From Octopus sinensis (taxonomy: Eukaryota), in the NCBI RefSeq assembly GCF_006345805.1, contig NC_043008.1, forward strand, positions 33,294,001-33,358,000: a stretch of 64,000 nt of DNA, given 5' to 3'. The notes under the pieces were generated by a model that searched no databases, was not told where the DNA came from, and was given only the letters and a program-made list of their open reading frames with translations. Positions 41,501 to 54,127 of this stretch are shown here, one piece after another (the stretch's first letter is position 1; each line of letters starts with the position of its first letter). Made by a program: the position numbers and the translations under genes.

Positions 41501-42885
41501 TCATTGAAGACTTGGTCTTTGAATTCCTTTGTTAGATTCTTAGTAATAACATCTGTTCAGGTTTTCTTTAAGTGCAGTCAGACTTCATAGTATAAAAATA
41601 TTTTTTTTTAATATCAGAATGTGAAGAATAAAATGTAGTTGAGAGGTGTCAGCCAATTAACACATATAGACACATACGCATATATATGTACATATGAATA
41701 AATACATTCATTATGTATATGACTATCTACATATTCACATACATTTCTATTATCACGTAGGCATCTATATATACATATGAATTCATACACAATATTTATA
41801 TACATATATTACACACACACACACAATCACATACGTATAGACATACACACAAGTAAACATATAAAGTAGGCATCATTTAACTCTGCAAAAACTATCCACC
41901 CCTATGAATTCAATTTCCACCCTTTTCTCTTTGCTTTCACCTTCTTTCCTTATTAGGGAAGATGTAAGGTTAAAGTTTTGTATGAAAAGCTTGTCTGACA
42001 AAATAGTGATACCAAAATATGACTCCCCTCTCCCACTGTTTAGTTTGTCTTGGTTGCTAAGAGAGAAGAGACAGTCATTTTCGTCTCTGCTATAAAAACA
42101 AAAATAAATAAAATAAAATAAAAATTTTGCATTCAATCACTGCTGTAGAATATACCTTTGCTGTGTTGAAATTATGAATATATCCTCATTATATTGTATT
42201 CATAAATATATCCATATTATTATTATTATTTGCTTATTGTGATGAATTCATTATTATTGAAAGAAGCCTTCAAAAGCAGAGATTAATACATGCTATTCTA
42301 TTCAGAGACAAATTAGTCAGGTTTCAGAGAAGTGATTGGACAGCAACTATACTTCATGGAAAGGTGATAAAAGACTATGTTTTGAGAAGCCCTAACTCAA
42401 AAAGAGCTTCTTCCTTTGTCTTTTTGTTGTGAATTTGAACAAATTATTTTACTCAGTCTAACAATCAGATGAGATTCTATTGATACATCCTAGTGTTGGT
42501 ACATAATTAATTATATGAGAGTGAAACAGCAGAAACTAAAAGATATGCAAAAGACCCACGCATATAAAGTTACAGCTGATATTTCCAACCATCTCAGAGA
42601 GAGTTGTAAGCTTGTCACACAAGAAAATCATCGCATCTATCTTTGGTGAGGCACTTGGCTATAATCTGAAGACATTCTGAAACACCAAATATCCTTCTGT
42701 TGACTGAAATTATTGGTACCAATAACCTATAGCTTCAGTTACATGATGCAAGTTACTAACTGCTAAAGGACATTTCTGAGTTTGTCAACTATAGATATTT
42801 GACAAGAATTACTTTCAAGTTTGAGGTCTGTTAGAATTACATAGTTTATATATATTATATATTTATATTACTAACTAAATATTCT

Positions 42886-43345
42886 CTGAATGCCTTACTT
42901 CCCTGGGCATGGATACATTGAAACTCCGACATCTGGCAGCTGACTTAGCAGACACCCATAAAATTATTAACCATCTTACAAACAATAACTCTGAGCACCT
43001 TTTCAAATTCCACCTGTCTAACACCCGTGGACATGTTTACAAAGTCAGAAAACAGCACAGCTCCCATGACTTTCAGAAACATTTTTTCACGCTAAGAGTT
43101 GCTGAAGTATGGAACTATCTGCCAGCATCAGTTGTTAGTTGTTGGAGCACTGCATCCTTCAAAACTTCTGTTTCCTCAGATTTGCCAACACTACACCTGA
43201 TTTTCTCCTCTCCATACATATGCAAGCATGTTCACTTTCCAGACATTTGTACATTACTGCATATGCTTTATATGCACCTTTGACAAGTTGTGGTGCACCT
43301 GAGTACTGTATGCAATAATTTCATCATCATTATTATTATTATTAT
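42886..43345 (+). mobile_element. CR1/L2-group LINE 3' fragment with (ATT)n tail
   Basis: ECLTSLGMDTLKLRHLAADL...HKII...TRGH..KV.....KHFFTLRVAEVWNYLP.SVV.....SFK, then GTGCACCTGAGTACTGTATGCAATAA and ATT repeats. A related tail lies on the minus strand at ~32600-32685. Confidence 0.85.
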
Positions 43346-45208
43346 GATTATAATTATTATTAAATATCTACTTTTAATAAGCTGTCTTCTTGTAACCAAG
43401 AAAATTATGAAAAAGAAATGGCAGGCTATAAAGAATTTCTCAAAACTATAAAAGTCTAAAAATTTAAATAAGCACCTGCAAATAAACATGACATGAAGGT
43501 GTTTGATGGTGAGATGGAAGTAATTTATGGAATGTTACTATTTGAGCCAATTTTGTTTTTGTTAGAGTATTCCTTGTTAGAGAATCAGTGGCATGATATT
43601 TCAGCTCCTCTTTTACAATGGACTTCCAAGTAACAAATTCTATTCCTCAAAATTTAATTTCTGAACAAACACTAGGAGAATAATCAGACCATTTAGTGAT
43701 AACTTTCAAGTAAGTTCTAAAGTGATGAGACCAGTTCTAATAAGGCAACTGAACATTTCCAAACTCATTGGAAAATGGACATTGAACCACAAGGCATCAA
43801 AAAATGTTACTAGAACCACTCCCTCCTCCCCTCTTTCACTCTAAAAACATGCATATATATATAATTTGATTAGAGGTTATGCTAACCTCATGAAGGGATG
43901 GTTTCATCCAACGAAATACGGGTTCAAAACTTAGTATTTTGGGGGAATTAATTTCCTTAAAATAATAGGTATATGAATAAAAACAGTTTATATTCATATA
44001 AAAGAAGAAAAAGAAAATGGAGATTGTGAAGTCATACACCAAAACATTTGACATTTAATTTATATTACATTATTAAGTGCAATATATAGTAAATGAATTT
44101 CAATTTTGATGCATGACTTTTGGTCCACTCTGTATATATGTTTCTGTGTGTGTATATATAAATACATACACACACACGATAGCTGAAGAAAACATTAAGA
44201 TAATCACTAAGGTAGAGTATGAACTATGAACTAGAAGGAAGATTCGTGCTATAATGATTGTTTGCCCCTTCGGGGACAATTTGTACTTGAATGTAATAGG
44301 AACCCCATAACATTGAAAATCCACTGATTATTGTCAAGATCTTCATATTCAAACATGTACCTGTATCTTTTTTAAAAATAAATTAACATCTTCAAATTGG
44401 CTAGTCAAATCAAAATCTAGTGTTAAAATTTCAATTATCAAATCATACAGTGTGTAAGAAGGCATAACTCCACAAACTTTCCATATAAGCAGATGGTATA
44501 GACCATTATATTTTACAACTGCTTCTTGGCTTGCCTTGCTTAAAAGAAGATGCACACAAAATACATTTAAATAATAGATTATAAAATTTCATTGCAAATA
44601 TAGAAAGAAAAAAAAATCATCCTTCAATCAATTCAATATTCACTCACACACACACACACACAACTGAAGACTACATGTTTCAGTGAACATTTTTAGAAGC
44701 AGACAATTAGGTTAGTAACAGTTTTAAGTAACTTGTCAAATGCTTCATAAGAACTTGCAATCCTTTCTGCTGACTCCTATTATTTCAATGATACTCAAAT
44801 AATTGCTACAGTCAAGGTTTTATCTCTATTGGAGATACTGTGTCATCATGTTTTATTTATGTAAAAATAACTAAAATCACTTAGAAATTTCTCTATTGTT
44901 TTAAATGTAATTGGTGTCTTTAGTGAGCATAAAAAGTGCACATGCACTGAGAAAAATATCTTTTCCATATTCTTTTGTTTGGAATGTGAGATGTGAGTCT
45001 AGCAACAGAAGAATTTATGACAGAAGATCATAAGATAAACTGTTAAACACAAAGTGTTCTCCCTAAGTAAAATATATAGACTTGCAAACCTTCATGAAAC
45101 CTCAGCATTGTAGAGTTGGTTTTAATCAGAATGGAAGACAGCTGCATTCCAGAAATCTTACACTATATATCTGTTGTAAGGAGTGAGATCTGTTGAGACA
45201 CCTATTTT

Positions 45209-45267
<59 letters not shown>

Positions 45268-45341
45268 CACACACACTCACATTTAAAAATATACATATAA
45301 ACCTACACACACATAGTGACAGAGGCAGTACTAGTATCAAG

Positions 45342-45439
45342 AGGTAATATTTATCCCCACCTTAAATGTGGATGTTCTATAAAACAATAGTTTGTTCCTC
45401 CAACAGAACATCCACATTTAAGTGGGATAAATATTACCT
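45342..45439. repeat. Short foldback element / hairpin (~36-bp arms)
   Basis: AGGTAATATTTATCCCCACCTTAAATGTGGATGTTCT versus the reverse complement of AGAACATCCACATTTAAGTGGGATAAATATTACCT; differ only by 2 extra C. Confidence 0.85.
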
Positions 45440-46209
45440 ATATATATATATATATATTTATATGCATATATTTTCATATATATATACAAACTCATGTATA
45501 TGATGGTTAAAATTTGATTTCAAGTAATGCCTTTGCTTGGTTATTCTCTGTAAACATGTATGACATGGTTGTGGCTTTTCAATTTTGCTTGGGGCCTGAT
45601 GTGGCAATGATGAGTGGCTCTTGCAGCAGGTATTCAGAGAGTTTACCACCTACGCTGGTACATGCCTTCATTCCATTATAGAAGTTTCTAGTCTGTGTTT
45701 TGCCTTCCTAAGTTAAAACCAGTTGCAGTACATAACACATAATAGAAATGTTAAAAATAAATCAATGCTTGTGCCTGAAGCTTTTTAAAGTGAGAAAAGA
45801 TACATACATACATCATACCTATATACATATATATACAAATACATACATATATACATACATACACATGATTAAAAACAGATAGATGCACATTTATGTACAC
45901 ACACACATTTGTATCAAATACAGTCAGACTCCATGTGCAACAAACTACGTTGAAAACTGCCATCAACTGAAATTATTCAAACAATTAACAGACAGAAACT
46001 CCCTATGACCTCTCTAATCTAAAAACAATAAGTAAGTTGAAAAATTAACTAAAAGAAGACTAGTTGAACAAAATTTTTGGAGAATTCAGACAATGTAGAT
46101 TGGAGTGAATCTGGTCTTTAAATACAATGAGTGAAAGTAACAGATGTGATTAGGTCTATGAGATCTCAACAGCAAAGCGAATTCTACTCAGTTAACAAGA
46201 CTTAGATTG

Positions 46210-46256
<47 letters not shown>

Positions 46257-46464
46257 ATGGTGCGAAACTGAGTATTACCATTTTGGCTGATAACTGATGA
46301 AAAATTAGGGATTCTCTGTGTCTGTCTCCCATCCGGTTGTACACTCAGTACATGTATATGTTTTCTTCATGTTGTTGTTTATTTACAATGCATTTTTTCA
46401 TTTATTATGTAACTATGCAATGCACACCCAACTTTTATCAACAGTAAGTTTTTAAATATATATA

Positions 46465-46782
46465 TAAATTAAATATAGAGATATTCTATTGACATTCAAT
46501 AATTTATTTATATTACAATATTACATTAAATACTATGAATATAATACATAATATTATATAAATAATTATAAAAACCATAAAAGTCCAACAAATTGTTTCG
46601 ACTTATATATATTTTTTTCTGATGTACATAATCACAGTTCAATTATATATAAATCCCTTCAGGGTTAATTTGGTTCAGAAAGACGAAATACTATGTTATG
46701 TATTATATTCATAGTATTTAATATAATATTGTAATATAAATAAATTATTGAATGTCAATAGAATATCTCTATATTTAATTTA
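46465..46782. repeat. Long inverted repeat (87-bp arms, 144-bp spacer)
   Basis: 46465-46551 equals the reverse complement of 46696-46782 with one mismatch. Confidence 0.9.
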
Positions 46783-49089
46783 TCCTTATTATTGAATTAT
46801 ACCAATATTAATATGGTATCCAACTGAAGTACCAGTGAATTGGATGTTTAACATATCCTTTTGAAGGATTTCTTTTCCTCAGTTTGTTACTTTAAATATA
46901 TATATATATATATAATTGCAAGGAATGTAATGATGTTGATTAACAATATAAACAGTGTAGTTGAGGGAAAAACCACCCAGGGAGTGTCCTGTATACTAAA
47001 TATAAATATGCAACATAATGAGCTGAAGCAGCTATGGTTAGCTGAGAATATACAAGTATTTAGTAGACAAAAGCTTCCTCTGTGTATGTTTAAAATCACA
47101 GAAGATAAATCTAATAAAACTAGTTGATCAATTTTTTTGATAATATAGGAATTGCAGATTGGAGTGGATTCCACTTAAATGGCAATATTAAGAGTAAGCA
47201 ATAGCTTACTTTGCAACCATGTGGTTTGGGGTTCAGTCCGACTGCATGGCACCTAGGGCAAGTGTCTTCTGCAATAGCCTCAAGCTAATGCCTTGTGAGT
47301 GAATTTGTTAAACAGAAATTGTGTGGTAGTGCATATCTTTGTTTTTGTCCCACCTCCATATGACAACTGGTATTGGTTTATTTACTTCCCACTAACTTAG
47401 CAATTTGGCAAATAAGACCAACAGAATAAGACCAACAGAAAATGGTACTGCGATAGATTTGTCAAAACCCTTCAAGGTGGTGGCCCAGCATGGCTAGTCC
47501 AATGACTGAAACAGGTAAAAGATAAAAGATATAGAAACAAGGGGAATGTAATTTTCAGTTCATTGTATTACATATATGTGTGCATTTATATATAAAAATC
47601 TGTACCATATATTTAACATAATAAATAGTCCCAATCTACTTACATCTCAGTCATATTGTTAATATTTGTTATCAGTATCACTACATTCTATCTCTATATT
47701 TATATAAATTGATCAGGCTTAGTCTAGCCATCTGAGTAGAATATACTTCACTGAGGTGGTCTAACAAGACCAAAACATGTCTGTTTTCACAAGTTAGCTT
47801 TCAAGATCAGATCTTCTCCAATGTGCATGTTTATGGTGTTGAAAAATTATTACTGTTGTCTCCTTTTTTCTTAATATGTTTTTTTAAATACTCCTGGACG
47901 AGGATTCATGTCAATTAATTGCATGGCTAATCACATATATTTAGCTTTATATGGTTTTACACAATCAGAGTTGTAATTAAACTAATTTTAGTCAAAATAA
48001 TTACCAATCAGTGTGCAAACTAAAACAATCGATTATAAAATGATAGTAAATAATTACTGTTTGTCATTCATAAAATATGTAATTTTTATATACTTCTAAT
48101 CTATTTCCAAAATGTGGTTGGGATTTTTTCTCTCTTAATGTGTATTTTTAAGAGCTTTGTAGTAATTACTTTCTGGAGGAAGTTAATTATTTTGCCTCTA
48201 TAAGAGATAAAAGACGATATAACTTATTTATTTTATTTTATTTTTATTCGTTGGGAGAAATATATATTTTTAATTGTTATCATTAAATATTTGCTATAAC
48301 AAAATATGAGTGGGTTTTTTGCGAATATAATGATTGATATCTACGAGGCCAGAACTGTCAGACAATATTATTTGCGAATTAGGAGAGTGGCATTTTTATG
48401 TTCCAGAAAAATAAATAGAAATAAAGTTTCTCATACCCAAACATCTTTCACAAAATATTAAAAATAATAATAATAACAAAAACAATTTGGCATTAAGTAT
48501 AAATTATTTCGTTTGTTATTGTGCTGTTATTTCTTTACTTAAAGGTAGATAACTTTTGTGAGCTTAAGTCAAAAGTGGGCATTTCCTTTCCTGTCAAAAT
48601 TTTCAAAATAAAAGATGTAAAACTATCTTGCTAAGTAAGCCAAGAGAAGTTTCTCTAAAATAATGGAATAGCTGGTATTTTACAGGCTTACTAATTCATA
48701 AATTTGCTCAGTTAAAAGAAAGTTTTTTCCCTTTTTTTTTTTCAAGATATAAATTGAATAATTTAAAATAAGCTTTTGGTAGCACAGTATTTGCGTATTA
48801 AAAACCCATTCTAACCTAAAATATAATAAGTAGAACTAACAAAGCCTTTTGTAATGCTTGACATTAAATATGTTCAAACAAAAACAAAAACAAAAAAAAA
48901 AACGAAAAACATAAAACTTCACTAACTTATAAATTTTAAGTTGAAGATTTTATAAATATAATGATGTGTTTTGTTCCGAAATATGTTAGCAGATATAAGA
49001 TACAAAAATGTTTCAATAATTTAATGTCGAAGAGCACCAAAACATAGTCACTCAGTGGAATTACTATCCAGTTTTCATTGGTCAGCATT

Positions 49090-50198
49090 TCAACCAAGCT
49101 CTTCTTCAGCTTGGCTGAATTCACTATCATCTATAATAGTGGAAAGACGCAACTCTTTGGCATCAACAGCATTTAAGACCTGCATGTTGACCAACCGTTG
49201 CTCAATATCACGGGTTAGCTTGCCAGTTGAATAATCTGACTGCAATTGTTGTAATTGATCTTTTGTCATACAAATATTCATAACAACTAACGTGTCTCTT
49301 CGAAGCGCACTCATAACAAGTGTTCCTCGATCTTGTTCGAAATATTTTATTAGGTTTGTATAGTGTGAATTTCCAGCACTATCAAAAAGGACATAAAACT
49401 TGTGAGCTTTCTCATCCAAAACCTCTCCATCACCACGCCATTCTTCTGTCAATTCAACTTTCCTAGATATTGATCTCCCTTGCTCCAGTGACATGAACAT
49501 ACCTTGTTTAGCAGGGGAAGGCCCAGGAAACATACTGTTTTTGCTTGAGGCAATACTATTCGAATCTCTCCTGTAGCCTTGAATCAAAACGGAATTACCA
49601 GAGTGTCGACTTTTTAAAGACTCAGGAGAGGAATAATGACTTTCATTCAAGGAATTTTTGTAATGAACAATATCAGTAATATTAGGATTCTCATTTCTGT
49701 GACTTTTGCTAGACTTTCTGTTCAGATAATATTTGCCATTTAGCGATGCCCTTTCCTCATGCCACTTAATGCGAGACGATGGAGAGCTGGTCACTACATT
49801 GGTATATCGTGAAATGTCTGGAGGAGTAACTTGTTGTGTCCGATCTCGACGATTTGTAACATTATGCTTCTTTTGTTTGGGGTCTTTTTTACGACGGAAT
49901 AGGCTTGGGAAGCAGATGCACCAGCATCTCTTTGGTTTGATGATATCATCATCATCTTCATGGCTGTAAGCATACTCTTTGATGAGATGTGGTTGAATAT
50001 TTGCTCCCTCCTCAGGTGACTCTAATAATGTCATATTTTCATAAGAACAGTGACGTCGTCGACTTGGAGAGAAGCTGATTTCGACACTGTGTGTTCCTGT
50101 GCTGCTACTAAGGTCTTCAACACTCACTCTATCCAAGAGTTCCATTTTTGGAACAAGTGCCTTAACAGCCTCCACCTGGATGCGTATAGCCACTTGAC
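49090..50198 (-). CDS. Terminal coding exon of a host gene: long S/R/K-rich disordered region with a Cys cluster, ending in a TRADD-N/DEDD-C-terminal-like domain
   Basis: 367-codon open frame ending in TGA at 49092-49090. Canonical acceptor TTTTTTCAATTTCAG|GT at 50199/50198 (phase 1). The C-terminus LVVMNICMTKDQLQQLQSDYSTGKLTRDIEQRLVNMQVLNAVDAKELRLSTIIDDSEF fits the pattern L..L..DY.SG.L...L.......L......L.L...I...EF that I recognise from DEDD C-termini and invertebrate TRADD-N-like domains. Upstream exons not identified. Confidence 0.8.
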
Positions 50199-50534
50199 CT
50201 GAAATTGAAAAAACAAAGATAAATATTACAAATTTTAAAACTAATTAATTAATATCTTGAAAAGCATAATTACATTTAAAACAAGGACATAAAAATGATT
50301 TCCAACACATAAAAGTTATTTTATTTTCACAATACACACACACAACATTTATAAATGGGTAATTTTGTGGATAGATTTCACAACTGATGACCTCACAGAA
50401 AAGATGTTGAACTATCAAAAATGAATTGTGTAATATTGCACAGTAGGTACATCCAACCTAATGTTGATATTAAATTAGATAGTTGAAAATAAAAACAATC
50501 TATTAGAACTGAATAAGTATGAAATACAAATCCC

Positions 50535-50800
50535 ATATACATTAGTGCTGTCAAAATAGTTATATATTAGACTGCAATAGTGACCATATATTTTAGTACT
50601 CCCATACTGTATATTAGTATTGTAATAGAGATCACGTATATTACATTGCAAAAGTGGTCATATATAACATATTAGTACAGTAATAGAAGCCATGTATATT
50701 ACACTGCAATAGTGGTGATAATATACAGGACTGCAATACAGTCATAGATAAGTCTTGTAATAAAGGTCATATATATTAATAATAGGTCACCTTTATTAGT
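50535..50800. repeat. Degenerate ~26-bp minisatellite in the intron
   Basis: About nine units such as ATATATTAGACTGCAATAGTGACCAT / GTATATTACATTGCAAAAGTGGTCAT / GTATATTACACTGCAATAGTGGTGAT. Confidence 0.65.
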
Positions 50801-51950
50801 ACAGGATGAATGTGCTAGCCTAGTGTGTTAGGGTGTTCAGCTTATGATCATAAGTTTGTGGGTTCAATTCTTTGACCAGGCAACCTGTTGCGTTCTTGAG
50901 GAAGGTACTTCATTTTAGTTTGCTCCAGTCTTCTGGACTTACCTGCTGTAGATGACAGATGAGGGTTCAGCAGCTTCTTGCTGAACAATCTGTACAAATG
51001 ATTTCCACAGTGGTCAAATGTTTGTACTGTACATTAGAGCACTTCCTCCATCAACTTGGCATTGCCTGTACAAGTGCTTGGTGTGCCACACATCATATGT
51101 TGAAGTGACTGCAGAGCAATGTGAGATGAAGTTCTCTACTCAAGCACGCACCACATTGCCCAATCCAGAATTTGAAACTACGATCTTATGACTGTGAGTG
51201 CGACACTAACCACAAGGCCACATGCCTCCACTAACAGTCTACTCTCCTGTAAATGAATACTAGCCAGATGCTAGTACAGCATTCTTTCTCTCTCTCTCTC
51301 TCTCCAGTTGTCATGTCTGAGATGTGCTGCTGGGTCAAGAGGGAGATGCCCAAGAGGGTGGCTATGTCTGTTCACAACTATCAAATTACTCAAAACAATT
51401 AGTGATAACATGGTTCATGTCACAAAGTCATACTCAGTCATGACTGATAGTTAACGGCTACACATATTTACAGCATACAAAAATAGATGTATAAAGATAT
51501 TGTCACTAAATTTAGCTCTATCAGAAATGAAAGATAGGATGTTATGGCTGGGATGCATTTGATTATAGATCAGGTCTAACTTCAGACTAAACAACAGCAC
51601 CTACAATATCCCTAGTCCCTTCAAATTTAAATGATTGCCTAAACTGAATGAGAGTTGGTGCTGCCATGAGCAGTGTTTTGTTCTTCTTCAAAGCTTGTGA
51701 TCTTCACTTGTTTCTATTCAACAATTCTTTAATTTACAATTCAAGGTTAAAATCCTCTTCACTAATGGTTAATGCATCTAGCTCTAGAGACTCATTAATC
51801 TAGAACATTTGGACTGTAAATGGTTTGTCATGTCCATAGTTTAGATACATTGTACACACTGTGAGAAAAGACATATCTATTTGAACTTAGGCTGCTGACA
51901 CATTGCTGCAAAAAGGTCTTTCTGTTACTGAAGTACGTTAGTATTATTAC

Positions 51951-51991
<41 letters not shown>

Positions 51992-52240
51992 CTTCCGACG
52001 CCGATGGACGTACGTGAATCAGCTCCGTGAATTTGACACCAATTTCATTGGAAATCTGTTGATAAGTTTTAATATTTTTTAATATTTTTGTAGCCAAACC
52101 GACCGGCTTCTTGCGGAGCTCGTCGGTTGGGCGAAATTTTGCCCCATTCGGGGTGAAATTACGTTTTAAAATTTTGAACATTTGACATTTTTCAACATTT
52201 TGAATATTACAACAAAAAAACATGGCTATGAAGCGAACAG

Positions 52241-54088
52241 TTGGCTGTTCCTTCCTTCAAGATACATTCCCTCCGCAAACACACAACTCGTCCAAAACAC
52301 CCACTTCACGCCTTAAAAGGCAACAAAGATCCTCCTTCCGAACCGGAGAGCATGCGCTCGGTTCAAAAGGAGAATGCAAGCCAGGACGTCGCGTTCGACG
52401 TAATTCTCGATTTTCCCCCTCTGCCTTCACCCAATGCTTTGGTACGGAAGGAGGAGGAAAAAAAAACAAATACAAAAATCATCACAAACATTGACACGGA
52501 GATAAAAGAAAAAACTTCCAACAATTTTGCTTCTGCTGCGAAGCAAATTTCGGAGGAAGTTAAGATAACTCTAGAAGATGTGAAAAGAGCGAAGGAGTTG
52601 TTGAGGAAGGATGGCAATGGCATCTTCCTCAATACTCCACAAGAGGTGATTGAAAGCACCAACAAGAAAACAATAATTTACAAAGTTTTCGACAGAAAAC
52701 TAAAAAGAATAACAAATGCCACACCCCAACAGTTGGAGATAGCTCTAAAGCCCATTTGGGCCCAAAAGAGCTACGTAACCAAGGGGAAGCGTTTTGGAAC
52801 CGTGGAGGTTCGCTTCCCAACAGAGGAGCTTGCAAGGGCGAACGCCATTTCGCCCTTGCAAACTGAGAATTTGTTACTAGTTCCGACCCACCTCGGGCGA
52901 AGAGTAACAAAAATAAAAATCGACCTCGCCCCCCCTGAGCTAGATATGTCATGGCTGGTGGCAGCTGTCCTCTATGATATAGAGGACACTACCACCATTC
53001 TAGATGTCAGGAGAGTGAGGGCGAAAAACTGGTTGGGGATGGGAGTGCTGCTTCTTGCGCAAATTCAGCAAGACAATATAAGTAAAGTCCCTGATTTCGT
53101 AAGTTTGCCGGACGGCACCAGGCTAAACGTTGCTGTGGAGGGGCGAAAGCCAAAATGTTTTCTCTGCAGCAGCGAAAGCCACTTAAAGAGGGACTGTCCC
53201 ATTCACAAAAAGAGGATGGAGGCTTTCAGCAAGAGGCAGCAGCAACAACAACAACAACAACAACACAAGCAACAACAACAGAAACAACAAAAACAGCAAG
53301 AAACACCAAAGGCTGCCACACCACCAACACCATCACCAACACCAGCACCAAGACGAACAACACCACCTCCAACAACAACAACCACCACCAAACCAACACC
53401 GACAACCACCACCAAACCAACACCGACACCAGTACCTCGAAGGTCGACAGCAGCGACATCAACAGTAACAGGAGCAGCGGCACCACCGATACCGGCGGAA
53501 CCAAAAACTTTTCGTCCTGCTACTGAAGCAGACCCCTCAACCATTCCTTTGCCGGATGAAGAGATCTCGGATTGTGCGAGCTCTGATGCCAACAAAGGAG
53601 AATGGAACATAGTGCCTCCAAAAAAGAAAAGGAGGAAAAAACAAAAAGATTTACAGGGTAAACACGAACAAATAGTACTTCCCAACATCAACAACAACAT
53701 CAACAACAACACACACTCACAACAACAAACAACAACAACAACACTTTCGACACCACTACTGCCACTACCACAGACACAAACAAACACAGACACAATTACA
53801 GACACGATTACAGCAGTGAATACAAGAAACCAGGAACTGGTTGAGTATTTGAAAAACAAAACAAGCACAAACATTACAGATTTCATAATACCTACACACA
53901 ACACACCACCAGCACACATTCTCACAATAAAAATAAACAAAACAGTTTACAACGAAATAAAACAAATATTCCCTAACGATGTGGGATCGTTAGGGAAAAG
54001 TTTCTCTCAGAAACTTTACAAAAATATTATTGAAGCACCCGTGCAAAAGCACAAGGGAGCCACCCCCACCACCAACAACAGTAAGTAG
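52241..54088 (+). CDS. Tx1 ORF1 (nucleic-acid-binding protein, CCHC zinc knuckle, polyQ and P/T-rich tail)
   Basis: 615-aa ORF with VEGRKPKCFLCSSESHLKRDC (CX2CX4HX4C), directly upstream of the EN-RT ORF. The upstream ATG at 52222 is out of frame. Confidence 0.9.
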   Translation: MAVPSFKIHSLRKHTTRPKHPLHALKGNKDPPSEPESMRSVQKENASQDVAFDVILDFPPLPSPNALVRKEEEKKTNTKIITNIDTEIKEKTSNNFASAAKQISEEVKITLEDVKRAKELLRKDGNGIFLNTPQEVIESTNKKTIIYKVFDRKLKRITNATPQQLEIALKPIWAQKSYVTKGKRFGTVEVRFPTEELARANAISPLQTENLLLVPTHLGRRVTKIKIDLAPPELDMSWLVAAVLYDIEDTTTILDVRRVRAKNWLGMGVLLLAQIQQDNISKVPDFVSLPDGTRLNVAVEGRKPKCFLCSSESHLKRDCPIHKKRMEAFSKRQQQQQQQQQHKQQQQKQQKQQETPKAATPPTPSPTPAPRRTTPPPTTTTTTKPTPTTTTKPTPTPVPRRSTAATSTVTGAAAPPIPAEPKTFRPATEADPSTIPLPDEEISDCASSDANKGEWNIVPPKKKRRKKQKDLQGKHEQIVLPNINNNINNNTHSQQQTTTTTLSTPLLPLPQTQTNTDTITDTITAVNTRNQELVEYLKNKTSTNITDFIIPTHNTPPAHILTIKINKTVYNEIKQIFPNDVGSLGKSFSQKLYKNIIEAPVQKHKGATPTTNNSK

Positions 54089-54127
54089 AGCCTTTTTTCT
54101 CCTTTTTTTTCCCCTAACTTTTGAAAC

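Noticed and set aside
52092-52160. 5' UTR hairpins of Tx1-A as an HDV-like ribozyme
   Set aside because: GCCAAACCGAC/GTCGGTTGGGC followed by GGGCGAA is suggestive, but there is no room for a P2 strand before P3 and no 5' G-U start; treated as simple hairpins.
53155-53965. Antisense and alternate-frame ORFs of 92-245 aa over Tx1 ORF1
   Set aside because: Products of CAA/ACA/ACC low-complexity repeats; poly-V/C/L translations with no domain signal.
54089-54127. Pyrimidine-rich ORF1-ORF2 spacer with CTAAC as a splice acceptor
   Set aside because: No AG between the CTAAC and the ORF2 ATG; T-rich spacers are ordinary for this clade.
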